Positions 24,319 through 32,994 of a stretch of 34,995 nt of DNA are shown here, in pieces. The position numbers were made by a program, and so were the translations under genes. Origin of the DNA: a bacterium (GTDB lineage Bacteria; Zhuqueibacterota; Zhuqueibacteria; Oceanimicrobiales; Oceanimicrobiaceae); contig JBHHXT010000034.1 in assembly GCA_046757165.1 (NCBI GenBank), forward strand, positions 1-34,995, in the 5' to 3' direction. The number at the start of each line of letters is the position of its first letter. The first letter of the stretch is position 1. Below the pieces are notes generated by a model that saw only the letters and a list, made by a program, of their open reading frames with translations, did no database searches and was not told where the DNA came from.

Positions 24319-25104
24319 ATGAGAAAACTTTTGACCCTGATGGTTGTGCTGCTGTTTTGGTCTTGCTTCATCGCTTGTGGTGGAGGTGGTGAGACGGAGA
24401 GCAAAAAACCATCGACACAAGCCGCGAAACCCGCGCCTGTCACCTCCGGTGCCTACCAGAGCACGGCGGTGACAGCAGGGGGCACCATCGCCGGCAAGGC
24501 CACATTTGCCGGTGCGATTCCAGAGAAGAAAAAACTGCAAATCACCAAAGACGCAAATGTCTGTGGCAAAGAGACACACTACGACGAATCGATTGTCGTT
24601 TCCGGAGGCAAGGGCCTGGCCAACGTCGTGGTCAAGATTACCAACATCAGCAAGGGCAAAGAGATGGCCGCCGGAACCTACGAGCTGGACCAGAACGGAT
24701 GCGTGTTCAAACCGCATGTCACGCTCGTGCCCGTCGATGCTGAATTGACCATCAAAAACAGCGACGGCATCTTACACAACATCCATACTTACAGCGAGAG
24801 TAACCAACCCATCAACGTCGCACAGCCGGGCTTCAGGAAAATCATGACGCAGAGTTTCAGCGACCCGGAAGTCGTGCGCGTTGCCTGCGATGTGCACAAC
24901 TGGATGACCGGTTACATCGTGGTGACCGACCATCCGTATTATGCCATCACGGACGTCGACGGCAACTTCGAGCTCACCAACGTGCCGGCCGGGACCTACA
25001 CCCTGGAATTCTGGCAAGAGAATCTCGGCAAACAGACGCAGGAAGTGACCGTTGAGGCTGGCGCGACGGTTGAGGCCAATGTGGAGTTTGGGGTCGGGAG
25101 CTGA
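24319..25104 (+). CDS. Cupredoxin-like (type-1 copper) lipoprotein with carboxypeptidase-regulatory-like domain
   Basis: AGGAGG RBS, lipobox FIA-C followed by GGGG, DQNGCVF.PHV, HNIH and CDVHNWM (His...Cys-x2-His-x2-Met), G.FEL.NVPAGTY. Confidence 0.85.
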   Translation: MRKLLTLMVVLLFWSCFIACGGGGETESKKPSTQAAKPAPVTSGAYQSTAVTAGGTIAGKATFAGAIPEKKKLQITKDANVCGKETHYDESIVVSGGKGLANVVVKITNISKGKEMAAGTYELDQNGCVFKPHVTLVPVDAELTIKNSDGILHNIHTYSESNQPINVAQPGFRKIMTQSFSDPEVVRVACDVHNWMTGYIVVTDHPYYAITDVDGNFELTNVPAGTYTLEFWQENLGKQTQEVTVEAGATVEANVEFGVGS

Positions 25105-25131
25105 GTGTACGACCCAACATATGAGACTGAG

Positions 25132-25161
25132 AAGGGGTGTGCCTCCAGGCACCCCCTTTTT
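25132..25161 (+). terminator. Intrinsic terminator
   Basis: AAGGGGTGTGCC-tcca-GGCACCCCC followed by TTTTT. Confidence 0.7.
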
Positions 25162-25267
25162 GGTTTACATGACAAAAAGGACCTTGACGAAGATGGCTCC
25201 AATCAATCCGAGGATGGCGAGGATCATGGCGACAAGACAAGAATCAATCTGAGCTCAGATTTGGAAA

Positions 25268-26290
25268 ATGGTGTTGAAAGGAGTAATCCTGCTTGTGGCA
25301 TTCTTTGTTCTGGTGGTTTTCGTTTACGAGTGGATCGCCTCCCTGCCAGACATCGCCCCCATTTCCGAGCCGGATATCCAAATCAATGCGGAAACCGGCG
25401 AAGAACTCTTCTGGGGCAAAGGCACCTGCCACGTCTGCCACCGCATCGGCGACCGTGGGTACGCCTTGCGGGGGCCAAATCTCGGAGAGGGTCGGGACGG
25501 CAAAATCATCCCGTTGCGCGCCGGCGAGAGAGCTGAATCTCTGGGCCTGGCAAACAGCACGGCATATCTGGTTCAAAGCCTGGCCGAGCCGGGTGCGTTC
25601 CTGGTGCCCGGGTACAACAACGAAATGCCGGATGTCTTCAAAGCGCCGGTGGCGCTCTTCCCGTCGGAAATCAAAGCGATCATAACCTACCTGGCCAGCC
25701 TGGCCGGCGATACGACGCGGATCGACATCTCCTTGCCGGCGAGCATGTACGCCGCTTATCAGGCGCCGCTGACGGCCTCACGCTTCGGTGCTGGTGGCAA
25801 TGCCCGGGCGGGACGAACCCTGTTCTTCGATGTTCACGGGGCGGCAGCGTGTGCCACCTGCCATGTCGCGACCAATGAGGCCGGTCAGAGTCAGGGCGGC
25901 TCGCTTGGCCCGGAGTTGACCGCCATTGCCAGCATTCGCACGCCTGAGCATCTCTATTACAAAATCATCCGGCCGGATTCGAACATCGTGAGTGGGTATG
26001 AGGAGGTCTTGCTGAAAACGACAGACGGGCGATATTTCATCGGTGTCATTGCCGAAGCGGAGGGTGATACGGTAACGATTGCAGATAAGCAGCAGAATTT
26101 GATTTCCCTGCCGCGCATAGAGATCGCGTCGATAACGCCACAGCACACCTCCATCATGCCGGGCAATTATCGCGAGATGTTGTCCGAGTCCCAGATCGAA
26201 GACCTGGTGGCTTATTTGTCGACGTTGACCGTACCAAACGCTGTTAGCCCTGACACGAGTCTAGACAATTATCTTTCTGAAGACAAATGA
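25268..26290 (+). CDS. Membrane-anchored diheme cytochrome c with a planctomycete-type putative heme-binding domain
   Basis: N-terminal TM helix, CHVCH and CATCH motifs, GP.LT.I...I.RP...I.SGY...TTDG...G...SIMP..Y...L...I.DLVAYL pattern. Confidence 0.88.
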   Translation: MVLKGVILLVAFFVLVVFVYEWIASLPDIAPISEPDIQINAETGEELFWGKGTCHVCHRIGDRGYALRGPNLGEGRDGKIIPLRAGERAESLGLANSTAYLVQSLAEPGAFLVPGYNNEMPDVFKAPVALFPSEIKAIITYLASLAGDTTRIDISLPASMYAAYQAPLTASRFGAGGNARAGRTLFFDVHGAAACATCHVATNEAGQSQGGSLGPELTAIASIRTPEHLYYKIIRPDSNIVSGYEEVLLKTTDGRYFIGVIAEAEGDTVTIADKQQNLISLPRIEIASITPQHTSIMPGNYREMLSESQIEDLVAYLSTLTVPNAVSPDTSLDNYLSEDK

Positions 26291-26309
26291 ATTGTGAAGG
26301 CATGGTTCA

Positions 26310-26765
26310 TCATTCACTGGTCATCGCTTTCAGAGAGTCCCGGTCGTCATACGCCTCAACCCAATGCCGCAGAGCGGTTAGCTGCTCTTGTGACAAACGT
26401 GCTATGGGATGCAGCGGCAGGTAATACCAGAGCGGCATCTCCCCCTCTTCAACTTCTTCCCAGATCTCCTCTACCTTGTTGCGGCGTTCGTCGGACTCAT
26501 AGCGATTCCAGCGTGAAAAGTTGAGGTGTTCACGAGCTTCCTTCACGTCGTGCGCCACCAGCCATGAAACCGGTGCGACATAGGCGTACCAGGGCCAATG
26601 GGTTCGATGGGAGTGGCAGTCATAACAGGAGGTTTCCAAAATGGTCTGGACCTCGGGCGGTGGCTCGATTTCCTGTTCGGCCAGAGGGTTGGTGCGTTGC
26701 ACGGGAACGAATTGGATAAGGACCAGCAGACCTGCGAGAACCAGCAAAATCGTTTTCAATCGCAT
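26310..26765 (-). CDS. Heme-binding domain protein (Haem_bd-type monoheme cytochrome c)
   Basis: IQFVP..RTNP, SCYDCHS..T.WPWYA.VAPVSWLV..DV...R.HLNFS.W, EMPL..Y..LHP.A.LS. Confidence 0.9.
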   Translation of the reverse strand: MRLKTILLVLAGLLVLIQFVPVQRTNPLAEQEIEPPPEVQTILETSCYDCHSHRTHWPWYAYVAPVSWLVAHDVKEAREHLNFSRWNRYESDERRNKVEEIWEEVEEGEMPLWYYLPLHPIARLSQEQLTALRHWVEAYDDRDSLKAMTSE

Positions 26766-26809
26766 TCTTTGCCTCCATTTGAGAGATGAGAAAAACCGAG
26801 TTTTTGCCT

Positions 26810-27907
26810 CTATCGTAAGATGGTCTTCAAAGCCACTTTCTGCTCAACCTCTTCGAGGTGAAACCCTATTCTACCCAACAGAATACCGGCTTCGGTCTCC
26901 ACGTCCACGCGCCACTTGCCAGGCGAAATGTTTTGTTTGCGTGTGACGCCGCGGTAGCCGCCGTCGCGGTAGCCCGTGATCTTGAACCCTAAACGGTCCG
27001 TTGGTACCCATGCCTGTCGCTGCGGGAAGTACTTTTGCCAGTGATGGTAGATTCTTGTGGTCAGTTTTGTTGGCGCAAAAACCGCGGTGAAACAGGAAAC
27101 CGTGTCCCCGCGCGCATAACGGTATGTCGTGTCCGATCTCCGAAACAGTTGGTACCACTCGGGCTTCTCGTACTTCAGGACGAAATCATCATTGTGTTGG
27201 CGCTTGCTGGCATGGTGGTAAATACCGCCAAATTTCAGTGAGAGCGGCACCGGCGGGATGCGGTTAGAGAAGTACAAAAAGTTGATGAGCCCGTACAAAC
27301 CGAGCAGAATCAGGCAGGCACAGGCATAGCTGTTCTGTGTTGTCAAGACTTTTTTCTTGTACAGGTAGCGGGTCACACCCAGGACCAGCAGCAGGCTGAC
27401 CAGTCCGCCCGTGATAAAGGTGAAGACGTTCAAGACCTTGATGAGTACCGGGATGAAGAAAATAAAGAAGGAAAAACAGGCCAGGAAATACACTCCTAAG
27501 AGCAAATAGATGTTGGTGAGCCTGCTTTCCAGAAACTCATTTGCAATCAGCAAAATGACAAGGATGCCGAGGAAAATGGCAGTCTTGGTGAACGAAGCAC
27601 TTTGAAAATAGAAAATCACGTACGCGCTGAACAACCCACCCAGAAAGAATTGCAAAGCCAGCGGCGCCCAATTCTTGACCTTCATGAGAAGGCGGTGCTT
27701 TATCTTTCCGTGTTCAGCGAGAGCAGTGATAATGATCATCACGCCCAGAAGAATCAGGTAAGTCAACAAAACGAGGTTGTCGAACATCTGGTCGATGCGT
27801 TTCAAGGTGAGGCTATCCCAGGTGAACCCTCCGAAGAAGAAGACGATGGGATTGAAGCGCTCGAGGCGTTCGTACCAGCTTTTGATTTTCACAAGTATAT
27901 CAAGCAT
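26810..27907 (-). CDS. DUF2914-domain membrane protein
   Basis: F.GGF.WDSLTL.RID, QFFLGGLFSAY.IFY, IPPVPLSL, FTAVFAP, I.G.RDGGYRG, G.WRVDVET..G.LLGR; multiple TM helices. Start uncertain (27907 vs 27952). Confidence 0.8.
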   Translation of the reverse strand: MLDILVKIKSWYERLERFNPIVFFFGGFTWDSLTLKRIDQMFDNLVLLTYLILLGVMIIITALAEHGKIKHRLLMKVKNWAPLALQFFLGGLFSAYVIFYFQSASFTKTAIFLGILVILLIANEFLESRLTNIYLLLGVYFLACFSFFIFFIPVLIKVLNVFTFITGGLVSLLLVLGVTRYLYKKKVLTTQNSYACACLILLGLYGLINFLYFSNRIPPVPLSLKFGGIYHHASKRQHNDDFVLKYEKPEWYQLFRRSDTTYRYARGDTVSCFTAVFAPTKLTTRIYHHWQKYFPQRQAWVPTDRLGFKITGYRDGGYRGVTRKQNISPGKWRVDVETEAGILLGRIGFHLEEVEQKVALKTILR

Positions 27908-27989
27908 AGCCGCCGCAACTCGCTCGTTGAGTGAGGAGGCATAAGATAGCAAAGTCAGGCTTGTAGGTCAAGTCGTTAGCAGAAACTTC

Positions 27990-28017
27990 TTGACAAATAT
28001 GATTTTTTTGTTAACTT
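27990..28017 (+). promoter_or_regulatory. Putative sigma70 promoter for the symporter/phosphatase pair
   Basis: TTGACA (27990-95), 16-nt spacer, extended -10 TGtTAACTT (28009-28017). Confidence 0.55.
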
Positions 28018-28096
28018 TTCACCATTATCTTCCCTACCTCTAAGTAGACTAACTGCCCTATTTATTATCTAGTTATGAAACGGAGGAGATCGGTTT

Positions 28097-29566
28097 ATGT
28101 GGGAAAAGCTTAAGGAATGGATCCCCATCATTGCAGATGACTACATTTGGGGCTGGGGCCCTGAGTTTCTGGGAGGAATCTCGTTAATGGTCATTCTGCT
28201 TTTGGGCACAGGCATCATTTTAACGATAGTCACCGGGTTTATTCAACTGAGAAGATTCAGAGAATCCAGCTCCTTGGTCCTCGCGGGCGCCTTCAAGAAG
28301 GATAGCGCGGAGAAGGCAGAGGGCGACATCACCCCCTTTCAGGCACTGATGACCGCCTTATCGGCCACGGTAGGAAATGGAAACATCGCCGGCGTTGCGA
28401 GTGCGATTGCGCTTGGCGGTCCGGGGGCTGCCTTCTGGATGTGGGTCACCGCCGTTTTCGGAATGGCGACAAAATACGCTGAGGCCGTTCTCGGGGTCAA
28501 GTACCGCAAGGTCGCCGAAGATGGCTCGATGTCCGGTGGCCCGATGTATTACTGCGAATACGGAATTGGGGGTCGATTCGGACGGGTTATGGGGATATTT
28601 TTCGCCATTTCCGGTGCGCTCGCCTGCCTGATTGGGACGGGCAATATGTTTCAGACCAATTCCATGGCGGTCTCCATCTCCAGTCAGCTTACCGCTGCCG
28701 GCATGATCTCTGGCACCACCCAAACAACCATCGCACAAGGCTGCGTCGGGGCCATCATAGCCATCCTGGTGGGGTTGGTCATCATCGGGGGGGTAAAGCG
28801 AATTGCTCAGGTTGCTGAACGACTTGTGCCAACCATGATCATTCTCTATTTTGTCTCTGCAATGGTCATCATTCTCTGGAACATCGCAGCGGTCCCTTCA
28901 GCTATCGCGCTCATTTTTCATTCCGCTTTCTCGCCAATGGCCGCGCTTGGCGGAGCCGTCGGTATCGGCATTCAGCAAGCCATCCGGTATGGCGTGGCAC
29001 GTGGGATCTTGAGCAACGAATCGGGCCTGGGAAGTGCGCCGATTGCGCATGGGGCAGCCAAAACCACGAGCCCGATTCGGCAAGGCCAAATCGCCATGAT
29101 GGGCACCTTTATCGATACGATTGTCGTCTGTTCGCTCACGGCCATCATGATTGTCGTAACCGGCGCCTATCAGCAAGGACCGCTTTACAAAGCCGAAGGG
29201 GCTTTGGAGAGCATTGATATGACTATGTTTGCCTTTAATTCCGTGATTCCCGGCGGCGGGTTAGTCGTCATCGGGGCATCCTTGCTTTTTGGCATCTCTA
29301 CATTACTCGGCTGGTCTTATTATGGGGAAAAGTGTCTCGAGTATCTGGCAGGGGTGAGGATCAAAACGGCTTATCGCATCACGTTCATCGCCATTATGTT
29401 TCTCGGGTCGCTACCCTCCCAGGAAGGGATTCAGGTGGTTGTGAAAATCGGGGACATTGGGAATGCGTTTATGGCCTTTCCTAATCTGCTCGGCTTGCTG
29501 CTGCTCGCAAGAGAGGTGGGGAAAATGACAAAGCAACTCCTGAGCAAACTCACAACAAATCGGTAA
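28097..29566 (+). CDS. agcS: Sodium:alanine/glycine symporter (AGCS family)
   Basis: ITPFQALMTALSATVGNGNIAGVA, GGPGA.FWMW, GGPMYY, RGILSNESGLGSAPIAH, FIDTIVVC, GWSYYGEKC, MAFPNL; GGAGG RBS. Confidence 0.96.
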   Translation: MWEKLKEWIPIIADDYIWGWGPEFLGGISLMVILLLGTGIILTIVTGFIQLRRFRESSSLVLAGAFKKDSAEKAEGDITPFQALMTALSATVGNGNIAGVASAIALGGPGAAFWMWVTAVFGMATKYAEAVLGVKYRKVAEDGSMSGGPMYYCEYGIGGRFGRVMGIFFAISGALACLIGTGNMFQTNSMAVSISSQLTAAGMISGTTQTTIAQGCVGAIIAILVGLVIIGGVKRIAQVAERLVPTMIILYFVSAMVIILWNIAAVPSAIALIFHSAFSPMAALGGAVGIGIQQAIRYGVARGILSNESGLGSAPIAHGAAKTTSPIRQGQIAMMGTFIDTIVVCSLTAIMIVVTGAYQQGPLYKAEGALESIDMTMFAFNSVIPGGGLVVIGASLLFGISTLLGWSYYGEKCLEYLAGVRIKTAYRITFIAIMFLGSLPSQEGIQVVVKIGDIGNAFMAFPNLLGLLLLAREVGKMTKQLLSKLTTNR

Positions 29567-29573
29567 CGGATAG

Positions 29574-30794
29574 ATGGATCAACAAAAAATTCTGATCGAG
29601 CCCAAGAGCTTTTATCGCGATTTCGACAATTTGCTGCGCCACATTCAACACCAGAAATCAGGCAAGAATTTTCTCTACTCGATTCTGGAGGAAGTTCAGG
29701 CTAACGTTGGAGAGCGGGTTCACCTGGGTACCCTGCGCTTGTACGAGGAGCGTGGTGAAAGGTTTTTCCTGACACGTGAGTTTGCCGGTGAGCAGTCGAA
29801 GACAGCGACAGGCAAGATGGCGCTGGATTCGGAGGCCGTGCAACATGTTTTGAAACACGGCAGCTATATTTACGACGATGATTCGACCAGCATCGCGCCG
29901 GAGATGCACAAATCCGAGCAATACGCCATTCCGGCGGCTATCACTATCCGCGGTCCCGAACAGAGGTGGATTGCGGTGTTTGAATTGCAGGCCGGCTGGG
30001 TGCGCGAAGAAGTGATTTTTTCGCTCAATGCCATTCGGAATGCGATCAACTATCGCCTCTTTTCCGACGCCATTGAAACGGATATGGAGCAGGCGGCGCA
30101 GATTCAGAAAAGTCTCCTGCCTGGTGAGGTGCCCAAAAGGCCGGGCTTCGAGTTTGCGGTCCGGTCTCAACCCACTGAGCTGGTCGGCGGCGATTTGTTT
30201 GACTTTTTCGAATTCGGCGAGGCGATTTTCGGCGTCTGCATCGGGGACGCCAGTGGCCATGGGCTGCCGGCGGCGCTACTTGTTCGTGATGTGGTGATCG
30301 GCATGCGCATGGGCCTCGAGAAGCACATGAAAATGGTCTACACCATTCAAAAGCTCAACCACGTCATCTATCGCAGCACCTATTCTTCTAGCTTTGTCTC
30401 TTTGTTTTACTGCGAATTCGAGCGCGACGGCCACTTGATCTATGTCAATGCCGGTCACCCGGCGCCGTTCATCGTCGATGGCCAGGAAACGGAAGACCTC
30501 GAGGCGACCGGCCTCATCCTCGGCGCCCTGCCGGATATCAAACTGCATCGCTCTTACGCCCGCATGGGGCCGGGTTCTATCCTCGTGCTCTACAGCGATG
30601 GGCTGTTCGAGCGCGAGAATCAAGAAGAAGAGCTCTTTACCATCACCCGCCTCAAACAGGTGGTCATAGAAAACCAGGACAAAAGTGCGAACGAAATCCT
30701 GCGGATCATCTTCTCGACCGTGTTTGAATTTGGGAATCGCACCAAATGGGAAGATGATTGTACGCTGGTCATCATCAAAAGATTGCCAGAATAG
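29574..30794 (+). CDS. PP2C-family (SpoIIE/RsbU-like) Ser/Thr phosphatase with N-terminal GAF-like domain
   Basis: A.QIQ.SLLP, VGGDLFDF, IGDASGHGLPAAL, YVNAGHP, LYSDGL.E, EDDCTLV. Confidence 0.93.
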   Translation: MDQQKILIEPKSFYRDFDNLLRHIQHQKSGKNFLYSILEEVQANVGERVHLGTLRLYEERGERFFLTREFAGEQSKTATGKMALDSEAVQHVLKHGSYIYDDDSTSIAPEMHKSEQYAIPAAITIRGPEQRWIAVFELQAGWVREEVIFSLNAIRNAINYRLFSDAIETDMEQAAQIQKSLLPGEVPKRPGFEFAVRSQPTELVGGDLFDFFEFGEAIFGVCIGDASGHGLPAALLVRDVVIGMRMGLEKHMKMVYTIQKLNHVIYRSTYSSSFVSLFYCEFERDGHLIYVNAGHPAPFIVDGQETEDLEATGLILGALPDIKLHRSYARMGPGSILVLYSDGLFERENQEEELFTITRLKQVVIENQDKSANEILRIIFSTVFEFGNRTKWEDDCTLVIIKRLPE

Positions 30795-30853
30795 GTGCTT
30801 GACGCCAAAAATCGACAAAGTATTGTCGATAATTTTTTTGGGGTCGATCGTTT

Positions 30854-30960
30854 GCTGAAAAAACCGTCATTTGAGCTTCGCTCGTCATTGAGCAAGCAAG
30901 GACCAAATGACGTTGCAGGGCAAATGACAGCGCGAAGCGCTAAATGACTTTTTTCGCAGC
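30854..30960. repeat. Compound inverted-repeat element (REPIN/MITE-like)
   Basis: Left arm GTCATTT-GAGCttcGCTC-GTCATT (30866-89) mirrors right arm AAATGAC-AGCGCgaaGCGCT-AAATGAC (30922-48); outer flanks GCTGAAAAAA / TTTTTTCGCAGC. Confidence 0.6.
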
Positions 30961-31334
30961 GAAGTCTGCGAAAAAAACTAGGCTCTTGCCGCCGCACCGA
31001 CCAGGCTTCTGCAATAATTTGATCGTCTTATTTCTTCATTTCACCGCACTGTTGCTATATCTACATATTTGAGAGCCATCCAATAGACACAGGAGCGATA
31101 TTCATGCTCCTTTTTCAATCTACATAAAACAGATATTACGACCTGGTTATTTAGATTAGGACTTCTTAATAGTCCGGGTGGATTTCTGTTTCTGATCAGG
31201 CGAGTTCGAATCGAGGGAGGAAGCAGTCATCATGAGAGACACATCATCTAGGTCGCAGGGTTCCTCTTTCCCTGTCCCATTCTTCGTAATTCATTTCAAC
31301 CCATAAGCCACAACAAATGGTAGGAGATTGCCCC

Positions 31335-32993
31335 ATGAAAGTCATGTCACGAATTAGCAGAGCGATTCCTTTTCTTTTCGTCTTTATGGTTCTGGCAGAT
31401 GAGACGCAGCCATCCGGTCTGGACTTGCGAGGCGAGCAAAGCGGTCTGTGGACTCTTGCCGCCAGCCCGTATATTGTGGCCGGGGATATTGTCGTGCCCG
31501 AGGGAAAAACGCTGACCATTGAGCGGGGCGTGGTGGTGAAGTTCGCTGCGAACACCTCCCTTAGAGTGCAAGGAGTTCTCCGGGCGATCGGGACCCGGGG
31601 CAATCGCATTGCTTTCACCTCCATCAATGATGGCGAATTTGACCTGAGCCTGGAGCCAAAATCATCCAGCACGGATTACTGGAAGGGAGTTGAATTCTCG
31701 AACGGGAGCGATAGCTCTGTCCTGCTCAACGTCACCATAAGATTCTGCACCGATTTGGTCAAGATTCGTCAAAGTTCGCCCACGCTCGAGAATATCATCT
31801 TTGCCAACTGTGCCTCTAACTTTGTTGTCATTGATGGCGAGAAATTTTCGATTCAGCAGAGTATTGAGCAGGATCTTGACGTGAAAACGGCCACGAATCA
31901 AGAAGCCGCGTCGCGGTCGCCGCAAACCGTGGACGGTCATGCCAGGGCCTCGAATTCGTCCGGACAGGAGTTAGACTCGGGTCTTGCCGCCGACCTTGGC
32001 GGTGGCCGGAGTTTTGAACTTCGCGGTTACGTGGACACGGAATTTGAAGTTGATAACAAAGATGATGCCGGCAAGCGGAGTGATTTTGATGTCCATCACT
32101 TCAACCTGATCAACACGTTTACGATATCAGACCGCGTCTATGTTTTGGGCGAAATCGAGTTCGAACACGGATCCCTCGTGAAAGCTGGCGGAAATGGAAC
32201 GGGCACGGTTACCCTGGAGCGAGGATGGATTCAACTCGAGCTTACGGAACACCTGAACCTGCGTGTTGGGAAATTCCTGACGCCGTATGGCATTTATAAT
32301 CTCACGCACGACAATAGCCCAACCCTTTTGTTTACCAAACTGCCGTTCTCCCTTTACGATAAACACCCCACCGCCCTGGGCACCAGCGATCGCGATTTTG
32401 CGAAATTCATGGGCGGGGTACAAGTGAATGGTCTTCTAAATCTTAGCCACGGAGAAATCGAGTATTATGCCTACCTGGGCAATGGACGCGGCGCGGCTGA
32501 ATTCGAGAAAGATGACAACAGCAACAAGGCGCTTGGCCTCAGGGCGAGGTATTCCCAAATGCTGGAAAAGGTCAAAATTGGGGTCTCATTCTTTCGGGAA
32601 AGAAACGGGTTGGACGCCAACACGTTAAGACAAATCTTCGCGGCAGATGTGGCGATCAAAGTCGCAGATTTCGGCTTTCAATCCGAAGTCAGTCTCAACA
32701 AGTTTGACAAACTCGATTCGACTGGTGTCGTCAGCGATACAAGGAGCGCCCTGGGCTTCTACCTCATGGGGAGCGTCCCACTGGCGAAGCGGTTCACGCC
32801 TTTTGCCCGCTACGATCGCTACGATACGAATGTTGACACCCAGAACGATGCTGAATCCGTCATCACACTTGGTCTCAATGTCAACCTCTCCAAGAACGTC
32901 TTTCTCAAGATAGAAAATCAGTTCTTCAACGGTCAAGCTGATGACTATGATTCGTTCGAGCGATTTATTGCATCCATAGCAGCGGGGTTCTAA
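31335..32993 (+). CDS. Outer-membrane beta-barrel (porin-like) fused to an N-terminal right-handed beta-helix module
   Basis: Signal peptide; SGLWT...SPYIV.GDIVVP.G.TLTIE.GV.VKF...G.L.AIGT....I.FTS...W.G; C-terminal LRGYVD...EIEFEHG...LERGW...GKFLTPYG...DDNSNKALG.R; terminal Phe. Start at 31335 behind AGGAG. Confidence 0.8.
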   Translation: MKVMSRISRAIPFLFVFMVLADETQPSGLDLRGEQSGLWTLAASPYIVAGDIVVPEGKTLTIERGVVVKFAANTSLRVQGVLRAIGTRGNRIAFTSINDGEFDLSLEPKSSSTDYWKGVEFSNGSDSSVLLNVTIRFCTDLVKIRQSSPTLENIIFANCASNFVVIDGEKFSIQQSIEQDLDVKTATNQEAASRSPQTVDGHARASNSSGQELDSGLAADLGGGRSFELRGYVDTEFEVDNKDDAGKRSDFDVHHFNLINTFTISDRVYVLGEIEFEHGSLVKAGGNGTGTVTLERGWIQLELTEHLNLRVGKFLTPYGIYNLTHDNSPTLLFTKLPFSLYDKHPTALGTSDRDFAKFMGGVQVNGLLNLSHGEIEYYAYLGNGRGAAEFEKDDNSNKALGLRARYSQMLEKVKIGVSFFRERNGLDANTLRQIFAADVAIKVADFGFQSEVSLNKFDKLDSTGVVSDTRSALGFYLMGSVPLAKRFTPFARYDRYDTNVDTQNDAESVITLGLNVNLSKNVFLKIENQFFNGQADDYDSFERFIASIAAGF

Positions 32994-32994
32994 G

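Noticed and set aside
27960..28096. Glycine riboswitch upstream of the AGCS symporter
   Set aside because: The leader is short and AT-rich and lacks the glycine aptamer GGAGA...CCGAAG/CTCTCAGG motifs
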